From an uncultured virus (IMG/VR IMGVR_UViG_3300024518_006364) (lineage: Duplodnaviria > Heunggongvirae > Uroviricota > Caudoviricetes): 61,317 bases of DNA. Positions 45,345 to 54,918 of this stretch are shown piece after piece. Under the pieces are notes generated by a model. That model did no database searches. It was not told the DNA's origin and was given only the letters and a program-made list of their open reading frames with translations. Where the stretch lies: IMG/VR virus record IMGVR_UViG_3300024518_006364. The stretch is one strand, 5' to 3'. Within the stretch, counting starts at the first letter, position 1, and the number at the start of each line of letters is the position of its first letter. A program made the translations under genes and the position numbers.

Positions 45345-45947
45345 TCAGCCCTGTGCCGCCGCCTGCTGCTGGATGTACCGGCCGACCTTCGCCATGTCGT
45401 TGTAGCCCTTCACGTACACGGCCTGGGAGACCTCGGCTTCCTTGTTGAGGATTCCGAGTCCGAGCTTGACGTCGCCGTACCCGCGCTGGGCCGCGGCCTT
45501 GATCAGCTCCGGGTTCTCGGCGGAGAACTTCTCGAAGTCGTGATCGGCGGCGGTCTTCTCGCCCTCGGGAGTCCCGGTCGCCGCGGCGGCCTGGTTCCAC
45601 TCCGCGAGTCGCGCCATCGCGCCATCCATCATGGCCGCTCCGAAGAGCTGTGCCTCCTTGATGGTGGCGGCGTTCTCGGCGCCCGCGAGATCGGCTGCCA
45701 TCTTGAGCAGCTCGGCACCCACGCCCGGTTCCTCTGCGGGAGCTGCGGGAGCTGCGGCGGCGAGTCCCGGGGCCGCGGCGGTCTTCTCGCCTTCGGCTCC
45801 GGCTCCGGCCACGGAAGACAGCACTCCGGTCACAGATTCCAGCAGGCGATCCTGGCTCACCTGGGGCTCTGTTGCGGCTGCGGTCTTCTCGGCGCCGTTC
45901 TCGGTTGCGCCCTGGAGAATTTCTTCGACGGTCAGTGGCTTGCTCAT
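45345..45947 (-). CDS. KxA-rich scaffold-like protein
   Basis: EKTAA x3, LKMA, IKEA, NKEA. Confidence 0.65.
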   Translation of the reverse strand: MSKPLTVEEILQGATENGAEKTAAATEPQVSQDRLLESVTGVLSSVAGAGAEGEKTAAAPGLAAAAPAAPAEEPGVGAELLKMAADLAGAENAATIKEAQLFGAAMMDGAMARLAEWNQAAAATGTPEGEKTAADHDFEKFSAENPELIKAAAQRGYGDVKLGLGILNKEAEVSQAVYVKGYNDMAKVGRYIQQQAAAQG

Positions 45948-45991
45948 GGCATTTCCTCTCGCCGTGTCAAGTTTGCTACACCATATTAGTT

Positions 45992-48136
45992 TCAACCCTC
46001 AGGAGAAACCAAGGAATTTTCTCGATAGGAATCTCCCAAGATTTCTCCCAAGTCCAAAGACAACTTGGCGAAGTCTACGGCCGGGCACTCGATGCCGTCA
46101 AAACTTTCCTCAAATGCGCCGCGTTTGATCAGCTTGGGGATAAGGATGACCTTGGGCAACTTCTTCTTGGCAGTGTGCCAGAGGTCCTTCAACCAACTGC
46201 TTTTTCCTGCGGGAGCGCCCGGTTTGGGCATGACCTTTTTGAGGAGATGGCGAATCCCGAGAGCACCTGCGGTACCGGTGATGAGCGGATGTTCGTAGGC
46301 CATCTGGCCCAGTCCGCTGCGCGCGCTTTCTGTCCAGGGAACCTGGAACCTTTCCCCACGCCGTTTGGCTTCCGCCAACGCCTGCTCCATCTGCCACCCA
46401 CGGAAGCGGTAATCGTCCGCCATGGCCAGCGTCATTCCTGCGCTGCCCAGGAGGGGAGCCAACGTTGAGAACGACCCTAGCCCGCTGACCTTGTAGAATG
46501 GCGTCGTGGCAGGAACGCTTTCGCCCTCGATGGTGCGGAAGGTAGGCGCGTGGTCTGTCGCAGCATTGAGAGCAAAAAGTCCACCGCCTGCGAGGGCAAG
46601 GGGAGAGAGCATCTTCCCCTGCACTCCAGCAGACTGAAGGATCTTGTAGGCGGCAGCGAGAAGCGCGCCTGACCCCGCCGTGCTGTACAGCTTGTTCTTC
46701 CCCTGGCGCAGACGCTCTTGTGTTGCGTGTCCTCGCTGTGTCTGGAACACGCCCCCCGTCTCCGGGTTTACCATGTGCAGCATTTCCAGCTGGGGTTCCA
46801 TGTTGCGATCGTCGGAGGGCATCAATCTGTTCTTGATGTACTCCATCGCCTGTGATCGTTTTTCGATCCAGGGCTCGATCATCGCTGCCAGTTTTGGATT
46901 GACGTTCTCCTCCACCGGGACGATGGGCGCCGTTTCAAGACAGGAATCGAAGATGTTCGGGTTCTCTGCCATCAGGTCGAAGACCTGGTCCTGATTGTCG
47001 ATGATGGAGGCGATGAGAGCTTCGGCCTCGGGAGGAACGTGCCCCATCATTTTATGGAACACGAGCTTCACGAACTCGGGGGTTGTCAGCACGATCCCAG
47101 CGTCCGTCAGCGTAGAAAGGACCTCGGGGAACGTGAACTTCTGTGCCATCCCCTCGATCGCGTCGTCCCCGATGGGGGGCATCCGGTCGAGAATGCTATG
47201 TGCTGGTCCCTTGGCAAACTGGCGAAGCTGGTTGGCTTCCTGCGCTGAAAGGGGCGCCCCCTCTTCCTGCGCGTCGATGGCTTCGCCCTGAACGATTTTG
47301 GTGATGTCACTGGCCTTGCGGAAAGCCGCGCGCTTGTGGCGGGCCAGCTCAACGTATTCGGCCAGCGCCCCCGATGAGCGGATCTCGTAGGGGCGGGAAG
47401 CACCAAAGGCCGCAACCTTCTTGATCATGTATCCGGTGCGATCAGCGGGACGCAGAACCCACGAGATGTCGAAGAAGCGTGGTGCAGGATTATAGACCTT
47501 CACCTTCTTGTCGGTGCCTGGCAGGATCTGGCCCAAGTAGTCTCTGGCGTGGGAGCAGTACTGTGCGCGCGAGGGTGCTTTGTTCTTACAGATCGAGCAC
47601 ACGTCGTGCTTGATCTTGCATCCCATCGAGACAGCGGGGTACTCACCATCAGCGATGCGTTCGACAACACGCCCTGCCTTGTCGTTATTCAGGCGCAGGA
47701 TGAGTTCGACCCGGTGCATCGGGTGGTTATAGAACGACTTGTTTACACGCCCGACCCTCTTCTCGGGGTCCTTGTTGACGTGGTGCATGAAGTTATTGGC
47801 GTCTTCGAACGAGCGGTAGTGCCGCAGCAATTCGTCGCCAGGCTCGGTGAATCCAGGGATCGGATTCTCGGCAAAGGCGTCGCCGTTTCGATTGTCGCCG
47901 TAGAACTCATCGGCGCTGACAGCAAGGACGAGGACGTAAGTCTTTCCGGGTTCGGACTTCAGGGTCTGGGCAAAGCGGAGAGCATCGGAAAGGGCGCTGG
48001 CTTCCTTGATGAGTTTTTGCTGCCCGAAGTAGGGGTCAAGAAGGAACGCGCGGGGCTCTCCTGTGCGCAGGTGCGCATCGTATTCAAGGATCTTACCAAC
48101 GTTTTGGAACGATGGCCGGAGGATCCTAGAGGACAT
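45992..48136 (-). CDS. Prohead (capsid maturation) protease with C-terminal extension
   Basis: N.NGD.F, F.HH.NKD, RVEL, VSMGC..D.CSIC.N.A..YC.H, FFDIS.V..PAD motifs (HK97/assemblin-type fold inferred). Confidence 0.7.
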   Translation of the reverse strand: MSSRILRPSFQNVGKILEYDAHLRTGEPRAFLLDPYFGQQKLIKEASALSDALRFAQTLKSEPGKTYVLVLAVSADEFYGDNRNGDAFAENPIPGFTEPGDELLRHYRSFEDANNFMHHVNKDPEKRVGRVNKSFYNHPMHRVELILRLNNDKAGRVVERIADGEYPAVSMGCKIKHDVCSICKNKAPSRAQYCSHARDYLGQILPGTDKKVKVYNPAPRFFDISWVLRPADRTGYMIKKVAAFGASRPYEIRSSGALAEYVELARHKRAAFRKASDITKIVQGEAIDAQEEGAPLSAQEANQLRQFAKGPAHSILDRMPPIGDDAIEGMAQKFTFPEVLSTLTDAGIVLTTPEFVKLVFHKMMGHVPPEAEALIASIIDNQDQVFDLMAENPNIFDSCLETAPIVPVEENVNPKLAAMIEPWIEKRSQAMEYIKNRLMPSDDRNMEPQLEMLHMVNPETGGVFQTQRGHATQERLRQGKNKLYSTAGSGALLAAAYKILQSAGVQGKMLSPLALAGGGLFALNAATDHAPTFRTIEGESVPATTPFYKVSGLGSFSTLAPLLGSAGMTLAMADDYRFRGWQMEQALAEAKRRGERFQVPWTESARSGLGQMAYEHPLITGTAGALGIRHLLKKVMPKPGAPAGKSSWLKDLWHTAKKKLPKVILIPKLIKRGAFEESFDGIECPAVDFAKLSLDLGEILGDSYRENSLVSPEG

Positions 48137-48587
48137 TGCGGAGAAGCTCCATCCCGTACTGGGCGTTGACAACGCCGAGAGCGGCGAGCTTCTCGCGATC
48201 CTCTTCGGTTTCGGCGTCGGCATGAGCAAGGGTGACATCGACGAGGAGTGTCCCTGCGAGCTTCGTCGCCAGGTCTTTCAGGATGTCGTCGCCGCCTTCG
48301 ACCTCGAGCTGTGCGATCTTTGTCCCCATGGTCGGACAGCGCGCAAAGAACGCCATCGTGGCAGCCTGGGCTTTACCGGGTAAATCCGGGATGGCACGGC
48401 AACGGTCTTCTGCGATCTTGTTGACGCTTCGGCAGAAGTAACCGAAGCCCTCCAGGTCGACCTTGGCCTGCTCGCTCCCAGCGTCAGCGTTCCCGAGGCA
48501 AGCAATCTTCTCCAGCGGGCGTGAGAGCGCACACGCTTTTGAGATCTTGTCGTAGAACGGGGGGACGTTTTGGATCAGGCCTCGCAT
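48126..48587 (-). CDS. KxA-rich hypothetical virion protein
   Basis: DKIS, EKIA, NKIA, TKIA; GGAGG RBS. Confidence 0.6.
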   Translation of the reverse strand: MRGLIQNVPPFYDKISKACALSRPLEKIACLGNADAGSEQAKVDLEGFGYFCRSVNKIAEDRCRAIPDLPGKAQAATMAFFARCPTMGTKIAQLEVEGGDDILKDLATKLAGTLLVDVTLAHADAETEEDREKLAALGVVNAQYGMELLRNVL

Positions 48588-48588
48588 G

Positions 48589-48975
48589 TCACCCTCCGAA
48601 GGTTGCCAGCGCAGCGAGGCCGTCGCGGATGGCCCGCTGGCGCCTGTGCATCTTGGCGATCTTGAAGCCCATGGTGAAGAACGCGTTCTTGGTGTCCATG
48701 TCACCGCAGATGGGAACGCCGTCCATGCGCGCACGGGTCGCGGCGATCTTGTGCAGGTTCCCGAGCTGGGTCAGGGACGGATGGGCTCTCTTGAAGAGCG
48801 GTGCCAGGTCAGGCATGGATGCCTCCTTCTTCTTGTCGGGAGGAGGACCGACCTCCTTGTTCCCGGCCTCGCGCGCTTGGCTCAAGGCAACAGCGACGAC
48901 TTGATCGCGAGAAGCATCCGGATGCTTCCCTTTATACTCTTCGTAGTTGGTCCCTACGTCTCTCCCGCCGGGCAT
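48589..48975 (-). CDS. Hypothetical virion protein
   Basis: QVVAVALSQAREAG module; KKEA, HKIA, FKIA. Confidence 0.6.
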   Translation of the reverse strand: MPGGRDVGTNYEEYKGKHPDASRDQVVAVALSQAREAGNKEVGPPPDKKKEASMPDLAPLFKRAHPSLTQLGNLHKIAATRARMDGVPICGDMDTKNAFFTMGFKIAKMHRRQRAIRDGLAALATFGG

Positions 48976-48976
48976 A

Positions 48977-49597
48977 TCAGATCCCTTTGGCCTCGAGAAC
49001 GTTCTTCTCGGCGCGGGCGAGGCCAGCGATCGTCCCGTAGTCAGGCCCCGACTGGCTCATGATGGCCTCGCGCAAGAACGAGCGCGCGGCATTCTGGTCC
49101 ATGGCCAGCGTCGGAGCGAACTTGGCCATCGTGTGGAAGTGCTGCATCAGGTCATCGGCCTCGGCGTTGGCGAGAACCGGGTCATCCTGCATCAGTCCCT
49201 TCAGAATGCCGGGACGCTGCATTGCAGCGATGCCCCCAGAGATACCCCCCGTTGCCTTTTGCATGATGTCAGCAGCGAGGCCCAGGAGAGAGTCAGCGCC
49301 GCCGCCTCCGATGCCCTTTGCCCCTGCCTCGGCCAGGATGTCGGGCAGCTTGATTCGCTCCTGCCAGGGCTGGGTTGCTTTCTGGAGACGGTAGCCGAGA
49401 GTCTCGATGGTCGGTTCGAGGACGTCTGACAGGAGCCCGATTCCGGCGAGGCCACCACCGATGCCCATGGCCTTGGGAACGGTGAGAGTTGTTCCCATCG
49501 CTTTAACGAGGGCCTTCATGGCTTCGATGGCGCCTTTCCCCGCCATGCCGCCTGCGGTCTTGGTGAACTCTTCGGCCGTCTTCAGTTGAATCGGCAT
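48977..49597 (-). CDS. Hypothetical virion protein (LKTA, TKTA)
   Basis: AAGGAG RBS; DPVL..A, FAPTLA.D.NA..SFLRE. Confidence 0.65.
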   Translation of the reverse strand: MPIQLKTAEEFTKTAGGMAGKGAIEAMKALVKAMGTTLTVPKAMGIGGGLAGIGLLSDVLEPTIETLGYRLQKATQPWQERIKLPDILAEAGAKGIGGGGADSLLGLAADIMQKATGGISGGIAAMQRPGILKGLMQDDPVLANAEADDLMQHFHTMAKFAPTLAMDQNAARSFLREAIMSQSGPDYGTIAGLARAEKNVLEAKGI

Positions 49598-49781
49598 GTC
49601 GTACTCCTTGGGGTATCCCCTGCGCGATCGGAAGTCAGGCGTTGCTTCCATTTTGTGCAAGGGAGTCTCACCCGTGAGTTCCTTCCGGAAGTGGTAAAGG
49701 GGGAGCCCTGCCCCCATGACCAGCAGAGGGTGATCCAGAAGGTAACGCAGAAGTCCTGCCGGACCCCCCGCTGTCTTCGTG

Positions 49782-50747
49782 CTATCGGGAGAGAGCGTCA
49801 GCGTAGGCCTCCACCTTCTTCTCAGCGGCGTTGATCACGCGGATGCGGTGCAGGCCCCCTGCGATCTTGATGAGGTCGGGGAGGGGAGCTTCGCTGGGGC
49901 TGTACGCCCGGGGCGTGCGCTGTGCCGCGATTTTCTCGGGGTCCCTGTCCATCTGGCGCAGCACCATGCTGAATGCCTGCTTGACGAGCGGACGTCCGTA
50001 GGCCTCGACGAGCATGCGGGTGCGCTCGAGGGAGGGAGCGCCGACGAGTCGGAGGTCCGTCGCCAGTTTCTCGATGTTCTCCTGCACCTCGAACGCCGTG
50101 GCGTACTTGCGCTCGCGGACAGCGTCGCGAATGCGCTCGCTGCGGATCAGGTTGTCACGGCGGACGCGCGGGTCCAGGGCAGCGACCTTCTCCGGGTTCT
50201 TCTCGCACTCGGTGCAGGACTTCCCCGTTTCCTCGCAGGTGCCGCTGGGGTGGGGGCACTCCGGGCATCCGCTGCATTCCTCGGCAGCCACCTTTTCGAT
50301 GGTGATCTTGATGTTGGCGCCGCCTTCAGGGACGCCTTCGCCGAGCATGTCGGGGAACTCTCCGTGAAGATCGGAAATGGGATCGTAGTCGGCGCCGTTC
50401 CCGCAGGAATCCTCGGAGAGGACGCACTGCTCACAGGAGCCACCACACTCGCTGCCGCCAGGAACTTCGGGACCAGCCTCTGTCTTGGCGATAGCGCTCT
50501 CCGGGTCGACCACTGGAAACTCCCCGAGGGGCTCGTTGCCCGCCTCTTTGTCCCTGTTGAAGAGTTCGAGGAACGCCATGTTGTTCATCGAGTGGACCAG
50601 ATTGCGAACCTGCTCCGGAAGCATGCCCTCGGCACTTGCATGCTTAACGACGAGGCCCTCCAGATCTTGGGAGGTGTCCGCGGCGTAGCTCTTGGCGAGC
50701 GACGTGGCCATTTTCTCGTAGTCGCGGGTGGTGAAGCGGCGCAACAT
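49782..50747 (-). CDS. KxA-rich virion protein with Cys-rich insert
   Basis: EKMA, VKHA, EKVA x2, EKLA, EKIA, IKIA. Confidence 0.65.
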   Translation of the reverse strand: MLRRFTTRDYEKMATSLAKSYAADTSQDLEGLVVKHASAEGMLPEQVRNLVHSMNNMAFLELFNRDKEAGNEPLGEFPVVDPESAIAKTEAGPEVPGGSECGGSCEQCVLSEDSCGNGADYDPISDLHGEFPDMLGEGVPEGGANIKITIEKVAAEECSGCPECPHPSGTCEETGKSCTECEKNPEKVAALDPRVRRDNLIRSERIRDAVRERKYATAFEVQENIEKLATDLRLVGAPSLERTRMLVEAYGRPLVKQAFSMVLRQMDRDPEKIAAQRTPRAYSPSEAPLPDLIKIAGGLHRIRVINAAEKKVEAYADALSR

Positions 50748-50751
50748 GGCT

Positions 50752-51537
50752 TCAGCCCTCCTCGTTGATGTTGTCGGTGGTTAGCCCTTCGGGCGAACTC
50801 AGATTCTCGGCACGGTCCGAGGGACCGGTCTTCAGAATCATGAGCAATGCGTCAACTGCGGTCACATCGTCACCCTTGCGCACGGCCTTCAACGTTCCTG
50901 CGGCCTTGGTCAAAAGAGTGTAGCACTCACGTGCGCTCCTGGCAGCATTTGAGTCGATGGGATTGAGGCGGTGCGCGAGCCCCCGAACGAACATGTCTGT
51001 GGATGCAACTTCGAGCATGGAAGCGATATCGGAGTCCTCGACACCGTCGGGGGAGAACTGCCACTTGACGTAAATCGGACCGAGAAAGAACGCCGCCTTC
51101 TTGAGGTCGTGTTCGAACGACAATTGTTTGTAGTCGGGCTTCTCGGGGTCCGATGCGGCCAGCGCCAGAGTCTCGATGTAGTCCAGCTTTTCCAGACGTG
51201 AAGGGAAAGCAGTGGCCATGTCGAAGAACAGATCACTGAAGGCGACCACGGCATCCAGAGGCAGTTCGAGAACCTTGGCGATTTCCTCGTGCGTGGCTCC
51301 ACTGAAAATGAATGCTTCCATCGGAATACGTTGGGCAGGACGATCATGCACGCGGACGGCGAGCCGGAGTGATTCGTTTTCGATTGATCCTTTGCGTCCT
51401 TGCGCGACGAGTTTCTTCGTCCAAGAAGACAGATCCTTTGGGACCTTCTTCTTGGGGGCCTCGATTAGCTCCCGCGCCCGCAGATAGCGGTGGTCCGGAC
51501 GCGGCGGAGCATCAGAGATCGTCCCTGAGTTGCTCAT
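50752..51537 (-). CDS. Hypothetical protein
   Basis: 261-aa ORF in operon. Confidence 0.6.
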   Translation of the reverse strand: MSNSGTISDAPPRPDHRYLRARELIEAPKKKVPKDLSSWTKKLVAQGRKGSIENESLRLAVRVHDRPAQRIPMEAFIFSGATHEEIAKVLELPLDAVVAFSDLFFDMATAFPSRLEKLDYIETLALAASDPEKPDYKQLSFEHDLKKAAFFLGPIYVKWQFSPDGVEDSDIASMLEVASTDMFVRGLAHRLNPIDSNAARSARECYTLLTKAAGTLKAVRKGDDVTAVDALLMILKTGPSDRAENLSSPEGLTTDNINEEG

Positions 51538-54073
51538 CCGGACTCCCGATCAGAGTTGCACGCTCGCTCAGAGTGCGAACGAGATCTCCTGTGTTCCTGA
51601 TCACTGTGCGCAGCTTCGTTTCCAGTTCAGCGAAACTGTCGTCGCCGATCTGATTCTTGATCTCCCCCTCGCGCGACTGGAGGGTCAGGAGTACGCGCGC
51701 GGCGTTGTCCATTGCCTTCTCCAGTGTGGGAAGGTAGTTGGCCACGCCGTCTGCGACCGTGTTGTTCTCAGCCAGGTCCGCGAGAATGGCAGCATCCAAG
51801 GACTGATCAGCCACCTGGCCCAAGGCCTCGGGCGTAACGTCGCCGGACATCATGGGCTCTATCCCCGGTGCGATGCCAGGGGGGAGGGGACTCGAGCCCG
51901 GCTCCATCGGCGTGCCCGGCTCCATTGGGGGGCCGCCCAGCTCGATGGGAGGTGTCACCACAGGAACCGGCGGCTCGGGCATCATGGGAGGCATTCCCAT
52001 ATCCAGCTCTTGCGCCCGCGCGCGCACCGCTTCGAGCGTTTCCATCTGGGTCTTGATGGACTGGTGTGCCTGGGCCAGTGCCGATGCCTGCCCGCGCAGT
52101 TGTTCGTTGGCCTCCTCGATCGCGATGTCCACGCCGGTCGGCGGCGGGGGTCCCATGGGCGGAGGCGGCGGAGCCATCAGTTCGGGCTCCATCATCTCTG
52201 CCTCGGAGGGCTGCTCCTCCGGGGGCATTTCCTCGGGAGGCATTCCGCCCATCGCAGGGTCCATGGGAGGCGCTCCGCCCATTGCAGGGTCCATCGGCGG
52301 AGGAGCCATCATCGACGGATCCATGGGGGGCGGACCCATCATGGCCTGTGCGATTTTCACGAGGGTCGCAGGCGCGGCGACATGGAGCGTGAATGGTGCG
52401 CTTGCATCCCGCGCGGTCTTGACGACGTCGATGGCATCGTCGCCGTGCAGGTTGCAGTCGTCGGTCAGGAAGTCCAGCGCGCCTCGCAGGTGGTAGCGGG
52501 TTCCGTCGATGACGACGTCGCTTTCCGACGCGGACTTGATCCGAATGGGCTTGGCGCCCTTTGCGCGGAACGCGTTTTCCATCACCTTGCAAAGATAGCG
52601 CACGTCGTAGATCAGCCGACTGCCGGGGATGCTCTCCTTGAGGGAGATCCAGGAGAAGTCATCCGGCAACACGCCGACATCAGAGTTGGTGGGAAGCACG
52701 GGCTGACGGATCACGCTGCGCGGGTCGAGGACCAGCGTGTTGATTCCAGCAAAGGTGTCCAGGTGGAAACGCTTGGTGCCATCTCCTCCCGAGGACGTTC
52801 TCTCGACAGTGCACGGGTCGAAAACATCGAAGTGATTCGAGTTGTGGCGGATGAATGTTCCCTTCCCGCTGGCGCTCTTGGCTCCCTTGCGTTTGGGGGA
52901 GTAGACGGCCTTGTACAGCGGACTCCCCGGCGCCAAGGCGTCGGGAGTGATCTTCACGCTGGCCAGAGGGCAGCCACGGGGCTTCATCACGTAGTCGCCG
53001 TTCTCGAAGATGATGAGAGCGTCGGTGGAGCGCGGCTCCAAGGCACGCCCCGCTTCCCGCTCGGCAGCACCGCGCTCCTGGTTCGGGCGCGGCTCACTCT
53101 TCTGCGACTTGTCGAACGGGATGCGCCCCGAGGACATTGCGCTCAGGGAGATCGGATTGCAGATGACGAGGCCGTGCCGCACGGTGCCGTCGGCCAGGAT
53201 GAAGCGGAAGAGGCCATCCGAGTTGGCGCTGGCGTAACGCTGCTCGGTGTCGAGGTTGACGGCCTTGTTCAGATCCTCCTTCGGGCGCAGGTCCTTGACC
53301 GTCGCGCCGTCGCGCACGGCCTTGCTGTAGGCATCTCCCGCGCCGTCACCGAATGATTCCTTGAAGGTCTGGACCGTGTCGTTGGCGAGGAGGATGGTCA
53401 GCTTCTCCCCCGTTGGCATCGTTTGCGCGTTCGCTTCCTTGGAGAGCTGGAGGGACTGGGCCAACACCTTGTTGGGATAGGTGTCCCAGGCTTTCTCGGT
53501 GAGCGCCGCGTCCTTTTCCATCATGGCGAGGAACCGCGTCTTCACCGAGTCGGGCATCTTGGCCATGATTCCAGGAAGTGCAACCTCGGCCCCCGAGTAG
53601 GAAGCGAAGGAGTAGCGCCCGGTCAGCGGAGGGAACATGACGTTGCGCAGATCGACATTCCGAATGAGGGTCTTCGGAGTCTGCATGGGCTCGCCCAGTT
53701 TTTGGGCCGAGTTGCTCTGGATCTGCGAGACCCAGTCTTCGGACAGAGGAACGAATCTGTCAGCGTCCTTGTAGTACACGAGCTCGATTGGCTTCAGGTT
53801 TCCGTCGGCCATGATCGCCGGGACGTAGACCTGTTGCCCTTCCACATCCAGGATGAGGGCCCCGACAGCGTTTCCCTCTTCCAGGTTGGAGGAGATGGTC
53901 TTGAAGGTGACCATGTGCTCCATGAGGGACGGATACTTGCTGCCGAACACCTGCATCGCCTGATCGGAGAACTGCTGCTCGAAGCTCAGCTCCGGGTCTG
54001 CGGGCCCCATCCCAGCACCACCATCCATGTAACCCATGGTCTTGGGGGACATGGGCTGTGCGCTCTTTCTCAT
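51512..54073 (-). CDS. Large putative internal head protein with Pro/Met-rich linker
   Basis: RKSA, EKDA, SKEA, IKSA, VKTA, VKIA; PPMDP repeats; AGGAGG RBS. Confidence 0.65.
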   Translation of the reverse strand: MRKSAQPMSPKTMGYMDGGAGMGPADPELSFEQQFSDQAMQVFGSKYPSLMEHMVTFKTISSNLEEGNAVGALILDVEGQQVYVPAIMADGNLKPIELVYYKDADRFVPLSEDWVSQIQSNSAQKLGEPMQTPKTLIRNVDLRNVMFPPLTGRYSFASYSGAEVALPGIMAKMPDSVKTRFLAMMEKDAALTEKAWDTYPNKVLAQSLQLSKEANAQTMPTGEKLTILLANDTVQTFKESFGDGAGDAYSKAVRDGATVKDLRPKEDLNKAVNLDTEQRYASANSDGLFRFILADGTVRHGLVICNPISLSAMSSGRIPFDKSQKSEPRPNQERGAAEREAGRALEPRSTDALIIFENGDYVMKPRGCPLASVKITPDALAPGSPLYKAVYSPKRKGAKSASGKGTFIRHNSNHFDVFDPCTVERTSSGGDGTKRFHLDTFAGINTLVLDPRSVIRQPVLPTNSDVGVLPDDFSWISLKESIPGSRLIYDVRYLCKVMENAFRAKGAKPIRIKSASESDVVIDGTRYHLRGALDFLTDDCNLHGDDAIDVVKTARDASAPFTLHVAAPATLVKIAQAMMGPPPMDPSMMAPPPMDPAMGGAPPMDPAMGGMPPEEMPPEEQPSEAEMMEPELMAPPPPPMGPPPPTGVDIAIEEANEQLRGQASALAQAHQSIKTQMETLEAVRARAQELDMGMPPMMPEPPVPVVTPPIELGGPPMEPGTPMEPGSSPLPPGIAPGIEPMMSGDVTPEALGQVADQSLDAAILADLAENNTVADGVANYLPTLEKAMDNAARVLLTLQSREGEIKNQIGDDSFAELETKLRTVIRNTGDLVRTLSERATLIGSPDEQLRDDL

Positions 54074-54082
54074 TGTCGCCTC

Positions 54083-54703
54083 CTAGATCAGGCGGGCCAT
54101 TTGGAAGCTGGCGAGCGGAAGCGCTGCGGATGCCAAGTGCGACAGGAACGCGGGCCCCAGCGTCTTGATGTCCTGCCACTTATTCTCGCTGCGCTTCAGT
54201 GCGTTCAACGTAGCTCCCAGTTCCTCGGTCAGCACAGGGGCATTCGCTGCGGCCGTAATACCTGTCATCAAGTTTAACACTTGGTTGCGTGATTTTGCAT
54301 CCTCCATTAAAAGCCTTACCGCGAGTGCCGCAGGGATGGCCAGGGAATTGGCCACATTGGCGATGCTGCGCGCGGCTCCGAGGAAGGTTTTGTAGTAGGA
54401 AGCGTCCTCCAGATTCTCAGCGTGCCCAAGCTCGTGCCCCAAGATTGCGCCCGAAGGTTCCCCCACAACGATTCCCCCGCGCCCGGAATCGTTGGTCATG
54501 TACATCCCGCGCCGAGGCGTGGGGCGCAAGGAGATGGGGAGCTTTGCAAGATCCGGGCGGGCCCGGAGAAACGCGCGAGCTACCTGGGCGAGTTCTTGTG
54601 CTTGTGGCGGCGTGGGCTTGATTGCCGCGCCGGACGAGACGACGTTGACGGGATCAACAAGAGCCCGAAGTGCTTGCAGAGAATCCTGGTTGATGCTTGC
54701 CAT
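54083..54703 (-). CDS. Zincin-like metallopeptidase (HExxH...E)
   Basis: ILGHELGH and LTEELGA; hydrophobic segments. Confidence 0.65.
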   Translation of the reverse strand: MASINQDSLQALRALVDPVNVVSSGAAIKPTPPQAQELAQVARAFLRARPDLAKLPISLRPTPRRGMYMTNDSGRGGIVVGEPSGAILGHELGHAENLEDASYYKTFLGAARSIANVANSLAIPAALAVRLLMEDAKSRNQVLNLMTGITAAANAPVLTEELGATLNALKRSENKWQDIKTLGPAFLSHLASAALPLASFQMARLI

Positions 54704-54708
54704 TCATC

Positions 54709-54915
54709 TCAGAGCTTTGGAACCCGCGATGGAACCACGGTCTTCTTCGGTTCCATAGCGGATTCCCGTTTCGTGGTCCCTTGTTCTGCTGTCATGCGTG
54801 CGATGCTTTCTTCCTGAAGTTGCTCTTCGGAAGGTTCGACACCAGCCGCCTGAAACTCGGCCAGCGCAGCGAGCTTGAAGATTCCTGCGAGCTTGTGCGC
54901 GCGTGTGAGGCCCAT
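54709..54915 (-). CDS. Small KxA protein
   Basis: HKLA, FKLA. Confidence 0.5.
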   Translation of the reverse strand: MGLTRAHKLAGIFKLAALAEFQAAGVEPSEEQLQEESIARMTAEQGTTKRESAMEPKKTVVPSRVPKL

Positions 54916-54918
54916 GGC

